A DNA stretch of 31,927 bases from a virus (Duplodnaviria; Caudoviricetes): the IMG/VR virus record IMGVR_UViG_3300005805_000288, positions 1 through 31,927 of that record; one strand, given 5' to 3'. Shown one piece after another: positions 24,576 through 31,927 of the stretch. Every line of letters starts with the position of its first letter. Position 1 is the stretch's first letter. The position numbers were made by a program, and so were the translations under genes. The notes below the pieces were generated by a model, which searched no databases, was not told the origin of the DNA, and worked only from the letters and a program-made list of their open reading frames with translations.

Positions 24576-24766
24576 TCGACAACATGTCAGAGCCGGGCGC
24601 CTGGGTCCGCGAGTGGGACGCGCGCCCGCACACCGTGCCTGAGTACCAGCAAGAGATTCGCGAGATGCGCGAACGCATCCGAGCTTACCTCGAGCGGATC
24701 GGGCAGCTCGAGGCAGAGCTCAACGAGGAGCGCGCCAAAAACAACGAATGGGTACGCGAGCCCTGA
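24572..24766 (+). CDS. Hypothetical coiled-coil protein (64 aa)
   Basis: GGAGG SD, translational coupling. Confidence 0.7.
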   Translation: MIDNMSEPGAWVREWDARPHTVPEYQQEIREMRERIRAYLERIGQLEAELNEERAKNNEWVREP

Positions 24767-24831
24767 TTGACTGACCCTATGCGGTGGGGGACCCTCTTCG
24801 GCGCGCCGGGCGCCGGACCGCAACCCGGCAA

Positions 24832-26868
24832 CTACTCTTGCAAGCTCCGCTCGACGCCTGACGGCGTCAGAGCGTAGCGCTCCGCGCCCTTACTGCTCCC
24901 CTTCACCTGGTACTGCTCGACGTAGAGCAGCCCATCGAGCACCATGCCCTGCAGCAGAGCCTGGCACGTCTTGAAGTCGAGCTTTGACATACGCTCGGCG
25001 AGGAGCAGCGCCTTGTAGGGGTGGTTGCCAGCGTTGGGCTTCGGGCTCAAGTTGACGTTCTTTTGGATCGCAGTCGCGACTCGTGCGAAGAGCTCATCAT
25101 GCTGCTGTTTTCGCAACATTTCGCGCACAGCAGCTAAACTCGCGACCTGCCCAAAACGCCTAAAGACTTTCGCGACCGGGTCAAATTCAAGATCGATCCG
25201 CTCCTGCAGCGGACCAAAATTGCACTTCTCGTGGCGCAAACTGACGGCCTTGTTTTCGTCGTCGCGCGTCATCGCCCAGCGGCTACGCGCCGAGTTGTTC
25301 CAGGCTGTCGAGCCCGAGAAGGTGCTGTTGGTGTCTTGACCAGCACCCATGCGCACGCTCGCCTTGTCGACGTGCGCGAGCAAGAGCACCGCCGCGCCAG
25401 AGTGCAGCGCAATGGCGTTCAAGCAGCGCATAAACCCGCGCACCTCGGCGCGGTCGTTCTCATTCGATGAGAACACGTCGCTCGCGTTATCGATTATGAG
25501 AACCTCGGCCTGGTGCTGCGTGACAATGTCCGACACCCACTGCATCCGCGCCGTTGGCGCGCCCTCGCGCCACAGCACGCAATCAAACTGCGTCAAGTCA
25601 TACGCGACCAAGCGACCCTCGAGCTCGGCGATGTCGACGCCTATGTCCGCGCAGACGTTGCCCAGGCGAAAGTGCACCGTGCGCGCTTCGTCCTCGGCCG
25701 ACAGTACCAGCACCCGCGCTGGGTGCGTGTCGATCCCAAGGAACGGCCGACCGAGCGCGAGGCTCGCCGCGAGCTGCAGGGATAGGTTCGACTTGCCGAC
25801 GCCGCCATTCGCAGCGAGCAGCGTCGTCGTGCGCGCCGGCATCCATCCATCCAAACGAAACGTAGCCGGCGCTGGCGCACTCTGCGCAAGGCTGCGCCAG
25901 TCCATTGGGGCAGGCTCGCTTGCGGCCGTGGCGGCCTTGCGCTCGCCGCCCAAGTTAATCGTGACCGAGGGCAACGCCTCGGGCCGAAACCGTTCCGCGC
26001 CCTGCACCATGCGCGGAATTTCGTTGTACCTCGACTGCCAGCGCTCGAGCTCGCTCGGCGATCCTGGCCGCGCGGCGTCCATGAGCCCACGCAAGTGATT
26101 CACGACGGCACCGCCCGAGGCGCCCGAGGCGACGAGCTTTGCCGAAAGCTTAATCAGCGGGTCGTGATAGCTCTCGCCCGTCACGATGCGCCGAATCAGC
26201 TCGGCGTTCTCGGCGCCGCTCGCGACATCTATAACGCGTGGCGTTACACGCGACACACGACCGCGCACAACCTCGAGGTCGATACCGAAGAGCGCGAGCG
26301 CGTCCTCAAGGCTGTACCGCACGCCAGGGTTCCAGCTGCGCAGCTCTACCCTTGCCTCGCGCCCGCCCTTGCCGTTCACGCCCACCGGCAGCCGGGCATA
26401 ACGCACCGCGTTATTACCCGACTGGTCGGCGCCGATCAGCTCGGCGTCGGCCATTGCATTCATCACGGCATCGATCAACGCCTGATCGCGTACGTTTGGG
26501 TCGTCGCGATCTAAAAACGCACCGACCTGGAACTTGCCTGGGCTTGTCTCGATGACAAAGGTTGGCGTGCCGTTGAGGTCTGTAATGTCGGCGTCGTCGG
26601 CGACGAGCGCCGCGAGCTCGAGAAAGTTCTGCTTACTGCGGCGCGGTTTGCTTTCGCCGAGCGCGAGCCGTGCGACAGAGTAATAATTATTGTCTTGCGC
26701 GCGCTTGTCGATCAGCAGCCGCTGGTTGGCCGTACCGAGCCAGGGCTGCCCCGCCCACGCATCCGATTTGACAGAATTTGGATCGCCGCGAAACGACGCC
26801 ATCCACCCGTGCGCGCCTTCGCCCAGTGGACCGTACAACGTCTCGAGAAATTCCGAGTTAGAAACCAT
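24832..26868 (-). CDS. RepB-type DNA primase fused to RepA-like (AAA_25) helicase (678 aa)
   Basis: N-terminal LVADD and PTFVIETSPGKFQ...RYARLPVG primase motifs; Walker A ANGGVGKS, Walker B LIIDN, LLAHVDK and GSTAWNNSAR helicase motifs. Confidence 0.88.
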   Translation of the reverse strand: MVSNSEFLETLYGPLGEGAHGWMASFRGDPNSVKSDAWAGQPWLGTANQRLLIDKRAQDNNYYSVARLALGESKPRRSKQNFLELAALVADDADITDLNGTPTFVIETSPGKFQVGAFLDRDDPNVRDQALIDAVMNAMADAELIGADQSGNNAVRYARLPVGVNGKGGREARVELRSWNPGVRYSLEDALALFGIDLEVVRGRVSRVTPRVIDVASGAENAELIRRIVTGESYHDPLIKLSAKLVASGASGGAVVNHLRGLMDAARPGSPSELERWQSRYNEIPRMVQGAERFRPEALPSVTINLGGERKAATAASEPAPMDWRSLAQSAPAPATFRLDGWMPARTTTLLAANGGVGKSNLSLQLAASLALGRPFLGIDTHPARVLVLSAEDEARTVHFRLGNVCADIGVDIAELEGRLVAYDLTQFDCVLWREGAPTARMQWVSDIVTQHQAEVLIIDNASDVFSSNENDRAEVRGFMRCLNAIALHSGAAVLLLAHVDKASVRMGAGQDTNSTFSGSTAWNNSARSRWAMTRDDENKAVSLRHEKCNFGPLQERIDLEFDPVAKVFRRFGQVASLAAVREMLRKQQHDELFARVATAIQKNVNLSPKPNAGNHPYKALLLAERMSKLDFKTCQALLQGMVLDGLLYVEQYQVKGSSKGAERYALTPSGVERSLQE
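25100..25118. promoter_or_regulatory. Intragenic operator-like palindrome in the primase-helicase 3' part
   Basis: Minus strand reads TGTTGCGAAAACAGCAGCA. Confidence 0.5.
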
Positions 26869-26889
26869 GCCCGCCCCCGCTTGCGTGCG

Positions 26890-27117
26890 TTACAGATTGG
26901 CGAGGTCGCGCAGGCTAAGCTTGATGCGTTCCTTTTTGGCGTGCTCGAGAATCGTCGGCCAGTGCCGTTGCGGCACATGCCCGCCCGTGCCGCGCTTCGC
27001 TGCGGGCATCATCCAGCGCGAAACGGCACTCGGATTAAGTTGCAATACGCGTGCTGTAGCGCGCACACCGCCCAACGCGGCGACGACTTCACGGGCAGGA
27101 GACAGTTGCTGGGGCAT
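26890..27117 (-). CDS. cro: Cro-like HTH regulator (75 aa)
   Basis: VVAALGGVRATARVLQLNPSAVSRW HTH; divergent from the repressor and upstream of the replication gene. Confidence 0.8.
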   Translation of the reverse strand: MPQQLSPAREVVAALGGVRATARVLQLNPSAVSRWMMPAAKRGTGGHVPQRHWPTILEHAKKERIKLSLRDLANL

Positions 27118-27164
27118 TGTTTTTCTCGTGGTGGAGTTGCAAGGCGCGGCCGAAGGTGCTTTAC

Positions 27165-27193
27165 TGATGTGGAATTGTCAACACTGTTGACAA
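27165..27193. promoter_or_regulatory. Switch region: operator plus perfect palindrome carrying back-to-back TTGACA boxes
   Basis: TGATGTGGAATTGTCAACA (27165-83) overlaps TTGTCAACA-C-TGTTGACAA (27175-93). Confidence 0.75.
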
Positions 27194-27250
27194 GACCGAT
27201 TCAACGACGCGAACGATTTCAACGATGCAAACGACGAAGAGGGGTATGTA

Positions 27251-27847
27251 ATGTCAGCTCAGAAGGTGAACACAAAGTGGTTCCGTGAGCGGCTGGCTGA
27301 GCGCGATATGAGTATGCGCCGGCTTGCCAAGCTGCTCGAGCTTGACCCGAGTGCGGTTTCTTTGATGCTGCGTGGCAAGCGAGTGATGACCGCGAGCGAG
27401 GCGACCCGCATCTCGGGGTTACTTACGATTCCTGTCACCGAGGTGCTTGCCCAGGCTGGCGTTCCGATTGAAGAGGACGCGCGGCAAATGCCGGTTAAGG
27501 CGTACTGCGACGCCCGCGGCGCACTGCACCCGGTGACAGCAAAGAATCCGCGACGCGTCGCTGCGCCGCGCGACGTACCCGGCGCTGGCCTTGCGATCCA
27601 GGTCCGTGCGCCTGAGCTCGTGGTTGACGGGTGGGTGCTATTCGCCGGCGCATTTGACCCGCGCCCCGAGACGATGATCGACCGGCTGTGTGTCGTCGAT
27701 CTGAAGGGGAGCAGTCACGTTGTCGGAACCATCAAACGGGGGTACGACGAGGATCGGTTTAACCTAGTGCCGTTCACCGGCGCCACGGCCGTTGAAAACA
27801 TCACGCTGAAGGCGGCCGCGCCGGTGCTGTGGATTCGCCCGGTGTAA
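27251..27847 (+). CDS. cI: CI-like repressor (Xre HTH plus degenerate S24-like C-terminal domain, 198 aa)
   Basis: HTH SMRRLAKLLELDPSAVSLMLRGKR; beta-rich C-terminal domain; divergent from cro; GAGGGG SD. Confidence 0.8.
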   Translation: MSAQKVNTKWFRERLAERDMSMRRLAKLLELDPSAVSLMLRGKRVMTASEATRISGLLTIPVTEVLAQAGVPIEEDARQMPVKAYCDARGALHPVTAKNPRRVAAPRDVPGAGLAIQVRAPELVVDGWVLFAGAFDPRPETMIDRLCVVDLKGSSHVVGTIKRGYDEDRFNLVPFTGATAVENITLKAAAPVLWIRPV

Positions 27848-27866
27848 TGCCGGGCTTTGCCGCAGG

Positions 27867-27897
27867 TGTTGAGATATTCGCATTGCCGTGTTAAGTT
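27867..27897 (+). promoter_or_regulatory. Early-operon promoter with overlapping operator
   Basis: TTGAGA (27869-74)-17 nt-TAAGTT (27892-97); operator TGTTGAGATATTCGCATTG (27867-85) covers the -35. Confidence 0.7.
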
Positions 27898-27927
27898 CCT
27901 ATCGTCCCCACCACGAGGCCACTAAAA

Positions 27928-28317
27928 ATGAACGCAGAAAAACTTGCGGCGGAATGGCTTGCTGCAAAAAAAGCGGAGCAAGAGGCGACGTCGCGTCGCG
28001 TCCAGATTGAACAGGACATTTTGAAGCTGCACCCGGCGCGGGAAGAAGGATCGGTCTCGACCATCCTCGGCAACGGCATGAAGCTCAAGACGACCGGCAA
28101 GCTTTCTTATAGGGCTGAAATCGACCGACTGCTAGAGCTGTGCGCCGCCTGGCCCGCCGAAGCAAAGCCCGTCAAGACCAAGGTCGAAGCCGACGAGTCG
28201 CTGCTGAAGGCGATTCGTACAGACCGGCCCGATCTTTGGCGCCAGATTGCGCCCGCGATCACTGTAAAGCCCGCAAAAACCTACATCGTGATCGAGGAGC
28301 CGCAACATGGCGTTTGA
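27928..28317 (+). CDS. Conserved phage recombination-module protein (129 aa)
   Basis: GAGG SD; LAAEWLAAKKAE...RRVQIE N-terminus typical of the gene preceding Sak4-like ATPases. Confidence 0.75.
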   Translation: MNAEKLAAEWLAAKKAEQEATSRRVQIEQDILKLHPAREEGSVSTILGNGMKLKTTGKLSYRAEIDRLLELCAAWPAEAKPVKTKVEADESLLKAIRTDRPDLWRQIAPAITVKPAKTYIVIEEPQHGV

Positions 28318-29038
28318 TCTCAAGTCAATTCGGAAGAACGAATCGTTCTCAGCGCCACGCGTTTTGGTCTATGGCGTCGAAGGTATCGGGAAAAGCACTT
28401 TTGCGGCTGGCGCACCGTCGCCTGTTTTCATTCAGACCGAAGACGGTCTTGGCTCGCTCGTCGTGGATCACTTTCCAATTGCGACGCAAGTCTCGGACGC
28501 CTTGGACGCTATTGGCTCACTGTTTTCTGACGACCACGGTTTTAAAACCGTTGTGGTTGACTCGCTAGACTGGCTCGAGACGCTGATTTGGCGCGAAATA
28601 GAAGCGAAATACGACGCCAAAGATTTGGCCTTTGGTAAAGGCGCGATGATCGCTGCCGACAGGTGGAGAGAAATACTCGACGGTCTAACCGCACTCCGAA
28701 ACAAGCGCGGAATGATCGTCATTTTGATTGCGCATTGCGAAATTCGACGCTTCGACTCGCCGGAAACTGAGCCATATGATCGATATCAGCCAAAGCTGCA
28801 GGCACGCTCGAGCGCCTTAGTTCGCGAGTGGTGCGACGCCGTGCTGTTCGCAAATTACAAAACGCTTGTCAAAAAAGACGAGGTCGGATTCAACAAGACG
28901 GTAAGCCGCGGCATTACGACGGGAGAGCGATTGCTTTTCACCGCCGAGCGCCCGGCGTACATGGCAAAGAACCGATACAGCCTACCGGAAAGCATTCCGC
29001 TTTCCTGGGAGGGCTTTGAGTCGGCCATTTCAAAATAA
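28307..29038 (+). CDS. Sak4-like (AAA_24) ATPase / recombinase (243 aa)
   Basis: Walker A YGVEGIGKST, Walker B VVVDS, ILIAH, EWCDAVLF, AKNR. Confidence 0.88.
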   Translation: MAFDLKSIRKNESFSAPRVLVYGVEGIGKSTFAAGAPSPVFIQTEDGLGSLVVDHFPIATQVSDALDAIGSLFSDDHGFKTVVVDSLDWLETLIWREIEAKYDAKDLAFGKGAMIAADRWREILDGLTALRNKRGMIVILIAHCEIRRFDSPETEPYDRYQPKLQARSSALVREWCDAVLFANYKTLVKKDEVGFNKTVSRGITTGERLLFTAERPAYMAKNRYSLPESIPLSWEGFESAISK

Positions 29039-29058
29039 AACGCAGGAGCATATTGACC

Positions 29059-29538
29059 ATGCCTTCATTTCAATTTGACGCTCAAAATCACGTTGCCGCC
29101 CCGGCGCCGAGCCGCGATCCGCTGCCGCAGGGGATGTATCAGGTCATTGTGATGGCCTCTGAGATTAAGCCGACGCAGGCGGGGACTGGGGAGTACCTCG
29201 AGCTCACACTGCAAATCATTGACGGCGAGTTCAGCGGCCGCCGCGTATGGGATCGGCTTAACGTCTCGAACCCCAATAAGACGGCCGAGGACATCGCCAA
29301 GCGCCAGCTGCAGGAACTGTGCTTGGCGACGAACGTCCGGTCGATGACCGAGACCGAGCAGCTGCACGATATTCCGGTCCTTGCGCAGATTGAGCTTGAC
29401 CGGAAGGACCCGACGCGCAACCGCGTCACGGGTTACCGCAGTATCGGCCCAACGAAACCTGTTGCCTCCCAGGCCGCGCGGCCTGCCCCCACCACCCCCG
29501 TATCTAAGCCGGCTGCGCGGCCTTGGGAGCGCAAGTAG
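29059..29538 (+). CDS. DUF669-like single-stranded DNA-binding protein
   Basis: PLPQGMYQVIV...GEYLELTLQIIDGEFSGRRVWDRLN OB-fold pattern, low-complexity tail ending in PW; follows the Sak4-like gene. Confidence 0.8.
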   Translation: MPSFQFDAQNHVAAPAPSRDPLPQGMYQVIVMASEIKPTQAGTGEYLELTLQIIDGEFSGRRVWDRLNVSNPNKTAEDIAKRQLQELCLATNVRSMTETEQLHDIPVLAQIELDRKDPTRNRVTGYRSIGPTKPVASQAARPAPTTPVSKPAARPWERK

Positions 29539-30644
29539 TGCCGCAAGTCCCTGCGAGTCAGCACAATACGGGGGCCGCCATCGTGGAATGGCGGGCTGCT
29601 CGGCCGCAGGAACACCGTGAACACCTGGGCGCGTCATTAATTGGGCACGCCTGCGACAGGCATATTTGGTACGCGTTCCGCTGGGCAAAGGAGCCGACTT
29701 TTGACGGTCGAATGCTTCGCCTTTTTGACCGCGGAAAACGTGAAGAGGCAGTTGTCGCCGAAGAGCTTCGCGGTATTGGCGTCGAACTGTTTACCGACGA
29801 AAACGGGAAGCAGATTGAGTGCCGCGACGAGAGCGGGCACTTCGGTGGCTCCGTCGACGGCATTGGTCGCGGGTTCCCCGAAGCGCCCAAGACCTGGGCG
29901 ATCCTTGAGGTTAAGACGCATAGCGCAAAGAGCTTCACCGAAATGAAGAAGCTCGGCGTTGCCGAGGCAAAGCCACAGCACTACGCGCAGATGCAGACCT
30001 ACATGGGGCTGCTTAGCGTTGAACGTGCGATGTACCTCGCCGTCAACAAAGACAACGACGAAATCTATACGGAGTGGGTTCACTTTGATCAAGAAGCGTT
30101 TGCTAAGCTGGTGGCGCGCGCCCGACGAATCATCGACGCCAAAGAGCCGCCCGCCAAACTCTCCGAAGACCCCGCGTACTGGGAGTGCAAAATGTGCCCC
30201 TTCTTCTCGCTCTGTCACGAGCAGAAGGTCGCGGAGGTTAGTTGCCGAACGTGTTGCCATGCGTCACCTGTTGATAGTGGAGCATGGCGTTGCGAACTTC
30301 TCTGTACGGAAAGACACAAAGGCGCGCAAAAAGAGGCTTGCGACCAGCACTTGTTTATTCCTGCGCTCGTGCCGTTTGGCGAGCCGGTGGACGGCGGCGA
30401 GAATTACATCGAGTACAAGCACCGCACAACCGGCGAGACGTTCAAAAATGGCCCTGGTGGTTACGCAAGCAAAGAGCTAGCGGCCTCGAGCGCAGGCACG
30501 GTGACGGAGCCTGTCGTTGAGGCTATGCGCGCGATGTTTAACGCGAAGGTTGTTGAGTCAAAGCCGCGCAAGCGGCGCGGGCCCGATCTCTCAAAGTTAC
30601 CACCGCCAACTGAGGACGAGTTCAACGATCCAATACCGTTTTAG
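29538..30644 (+). CDS. Solo Cas4-like PD-(D/E)XK exonuclease with Fe-S and Zn-type cysteine clusters
   Basis: GASLIGHACDR, GSVDG, LEVKT, QMQTYM, CKMCPFFSLC, CRTC..H; acidic C-terminal DPIPF. GTG start overlapping the upstream TAG. Confidence 0.85.
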   Translation: MPQVPASQHNTGAAIVEWRAARPQEHREHLGASLIGHACDRHIWYAFRWAKEPTFDGRMLRLFDRGKREEAVVAEELRGIGVELFTDENGKQIECRDESGHFGGSVDGIGRGFPEAPKTWAILEVKTHSAKSFTEMKKLGVAEAKPQHYAQMQTYMGLLSVERAMYLAVNKDNDEIYTEWVHFDQEAFAKLVARARRIIDAKEPPAKLSEDPAYWECKMCPFFSLCHEQKVAEVSCRTCCHASPVDSGAWRCELLCTERHKGAQKEACDQHLFIPALVPFGEPVDGGENYIEYKHRTTGETFKNGPGGYASKELAASSAGTVTEPVVEAMRAMFNAKVVESKPRKRRGPDLSKLPPPTEDEFNDPIPF

Positions 30645-30657
30645 GGAGAATTAAAAA

Positions 30658-30906
30658 ATGGTCGAGGGGATGCAAGTGCGGGAGTTCGACATCGTTGAGC
30701 GACCCGCGCACTACAACCAAAGCGACATCGAGTGCATCGACGCCATCCAGGCGCAGCTGAGCCCCACCGAATGGCGCGGCTATCTACGCGGCCAAGTTGC
30801 GAAATACAACTGGCGCTTGGGGCTGAAAGATGTAGCCGAGCAGGATGCGAAAAAACTGCTCTGGTACGCAAGTTGGCTCGCGGGGAGAGACCCGCGTGAA
30901 AAGTAA
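30658..30906 (+). CDS. DUF3310 / SaV-like protein (82 aa)
   Basis: VERPAHYNQSDIECIDAI...GQVAKYNWR...K...D.KK..WY signature. Confidence 0.85.
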   Translation: MVEGMQVREFDIVERPAHYNQSDIECIDAIQAQLSPTEWRGYLRGQVAKYNWRLGLKDVAEQDAKKLLWYASWLAGRDPREK

Positions 30907-30953
30907 AGAACCGCGCAAGGCTCACCCCTGGCGCACAACCTGGAGCAATAAAA

Positions 30954-31088
30954 ATGTTGGGACCTTGGGAAAGAATCGCGAACGTGTTGGTGGGCACGCT
31001 GATGATTGTCGGGGTGTGGGTCGCGACGGCGTTCGCGTTGGGCATCTTCATCGGACTCGCACGCCGCGCGTATAGCTGGGTGATTTGA
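30954..31088 (+). CDS. 44-aa single-pass membrane protein
   Basis: Not in the ORF track. GGAG SD; MLGPWERIANVLVGTLMIVGVWVATAFALGIFIGLARRAYSWVI*; TGATG coupling to the next gene. Confidence 0.6.
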   Translation: MLGPWERIANVLVGTLMIVGVWVATAFALGIFIGLARRAYSWVI

Positions 31089-31414
31089 TGGGCGGTCGGA
31101 TGTCGCGCAACAAGGGTGCCGCTGCCGAGCGCGAGCTCGCACAGTTGCTTTCAGAAGAGCTCGGGTTTGTTGTCAAGCGCAAGCTCGGCCAGGCGCGCGA
31201 CTCAGGCGATGACATTCAGGTTGGCAAGTTTCGCATTGAGGCCAAGCGGCGCGAGACGCTCGCCCTACCCGCCTGGTGCCGGCAGATCGAGGAGCACTGC
31301 CAACCGGGCGAGGTGCCGATTGTGGCCTACCGGCAGAACAGCCAGCCGTGGCGTATCGTGATGAAACTTGAGGACTTTTTGCCGCTGATGCGGGGGGAAT
31401 TGACGAGTGACTGA
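31088..31414 (+). CDS. Holliday-junction-resolvase-like PD-(D/E)XK nuclease
   Basis: SRNKGAAAERELA...GDDI...IEAKR...PIVAYR pattern. Confidence 0.8.
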   Translation: MGGRMSRNKGAAAERELAQLLSEELGFVVKRKLGQARDSGDDIQVGKFRIEAKRRETLALPAWCRQIEEHCQPGEVPIVAYRQNSQPWRIVMKLEDFLPLMRGELTSD

Positions 31415-31721
31415 GGTGTTGAGAGAATCTCACCATCAGGTGCTAACCACACTTGATGACGCGGCGGGCCAGTTGGGTGTTAGCGTAAAGACGCTCCGCC
31501 GGCTGGTCGACCGGCGCGCAGTGCCAGCCTACAGGTTTGGCAAGGCGATCCGAGTCAACGTCGCGGAGATTCTGTTGGCCACCAAGAGGGAACCTGTATG
31601 TCAATCTTCAAGCGAGGCAAGACGTTCTACATCGACATTGCGCTCCCCGGCGGGCGGCGACTCAAGCAGTCTGCTGAGACTGCTGATCGCAAAGCAGCGC
31701 AGGAGCTCCACGATCAGCTGA
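31407..31721 (+). CDS. xis: Excisionase-like HTH protein
   Basis: LTTLDDAAGQLGVSVKTLRRLV...PAYRFGKAIRV is an HTH_17/Xis pattern; directly upstream of and overlapping the integrase. Confidence 0.8.
   Translation: MTEVLRESHHQVLTTLDDAAGQLGVSVKTLRRLVDRRAVPAYRFGKAIRVNVAEILLATKREPVCQSSSEARRSTSTLRSPAGGDSSSLLRLLIAKQRRSSTIS
31417..31435. promoter_or_regulatory. Operator-like palindrome at the start of xis
   Basis: TGTTGAGAGAATCTCACCA. Confidence 0.65.
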
Positions 31722-31927
31722 AGGCGCAGCTCTGGCGCCAGGTCAAGCTCGGCGAAAAGCAGCCGCGCTCGCTCACCGAGGCCGCCGAGCGCTGGCTCGC
31801 TGAGCACAAGGACGACGGCGCAATCCGCGACTACACGCACCACCTCGCTTTCTGGTGCGCCCGCGCCGAAGGCATGTCACTCGGTGACATCACACGAGTT
31901 TGGGTCGCCGAGCAGGTCGAGGGGCTC
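31598..31927 (+). CDS. int: Tyrosine integrase, P22-like, N-terminal part (runs off the window)
   Basis: Not in the ORF track. GAGGG SD; MSIFKRGKTFYIDIALPGGRRLKQSAETADRKAAQELHDQLKAQLWRQVKLGEKQPRSLTEAAERWL closely parallels the P22 Int arm-binding region. Confidence 0.88.
   Translation, partial: MSIFKRGKTFYIDIALPGGRRLKQSAETADRKAAQELHDQLKAQLWRQVKLGEKQPRSLTEAAERWLAEHKDDGAIRDYTHHLAFWCARAEGMSLGDITRVWVAEQVEGL

Larger units (their letters stand above)
1..31927. mobile_element. Temperate podovirus-like phage or prophage (partial genome)
   Basis: Head, tail, packaging, replication, immunity and integration modules fill the window; no host genes are seen. Confidence 0.95.

Noticed and set aside
29538-30644. 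CRISPR-Cas system suggested by the Cas4-like gene
   Set aside because: No repeat-spacer array or other cas genes are seen; the context is a phage recombination module.
31598-31721. 124-nt xis/int overlap as a novelty
   Set aside because: A comparable xis-int overlap is known in P22-like integration modules.

Overview
The window is about 32 kb of a GC-rich temperate tailed phage or prophage with podovirus (P22/APSE-like) virion architecture. The minus strand (22.3 kb down to 1) carries the late operon: terS, terL, portal, a 732-aa mosaic effector-like protein, scaffold, major capsid, an Ig/Fn3-like decoration protein, adaptor, nozzle, GNAT, ejection proteins and tail fibres. Next come an origin-like repeat region and an oppositely oriented island of eight small genes (22.7-24.8 kb). 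These are followed by a RepB-type primase/AAA_25 helicase, a cro/cI switch, and a plus-strand early operon (Sak4-like ATPase, DUF669 SSB, solo Cas4-like nuclease, DUF3310, resolvase, xis, and a P22-like integrase cut by the window end). Five signals stand out. (i) At least nine copies of a 19-bp imperfect palindrome (TGTTGMGAnnnTCKCAWCA) are scattered over 15 kb at promoters and gene starts, including late genes. (ii) An unannotated 56-aa antisense gene with an extended -10 and perfect SD converges on the 732-aa protein, which has pre-toxin-like and HhH-like motifs; this is a candidate effector/immunity pair. (iii) A structured, attenuator-like leader precedes the capsid gene. (iv) Two interleaved long stems follow the capsid stop codon. 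(v) The CI repressor appears non-cleavable. All family assignments come from motif recognition by eye, not database searches.
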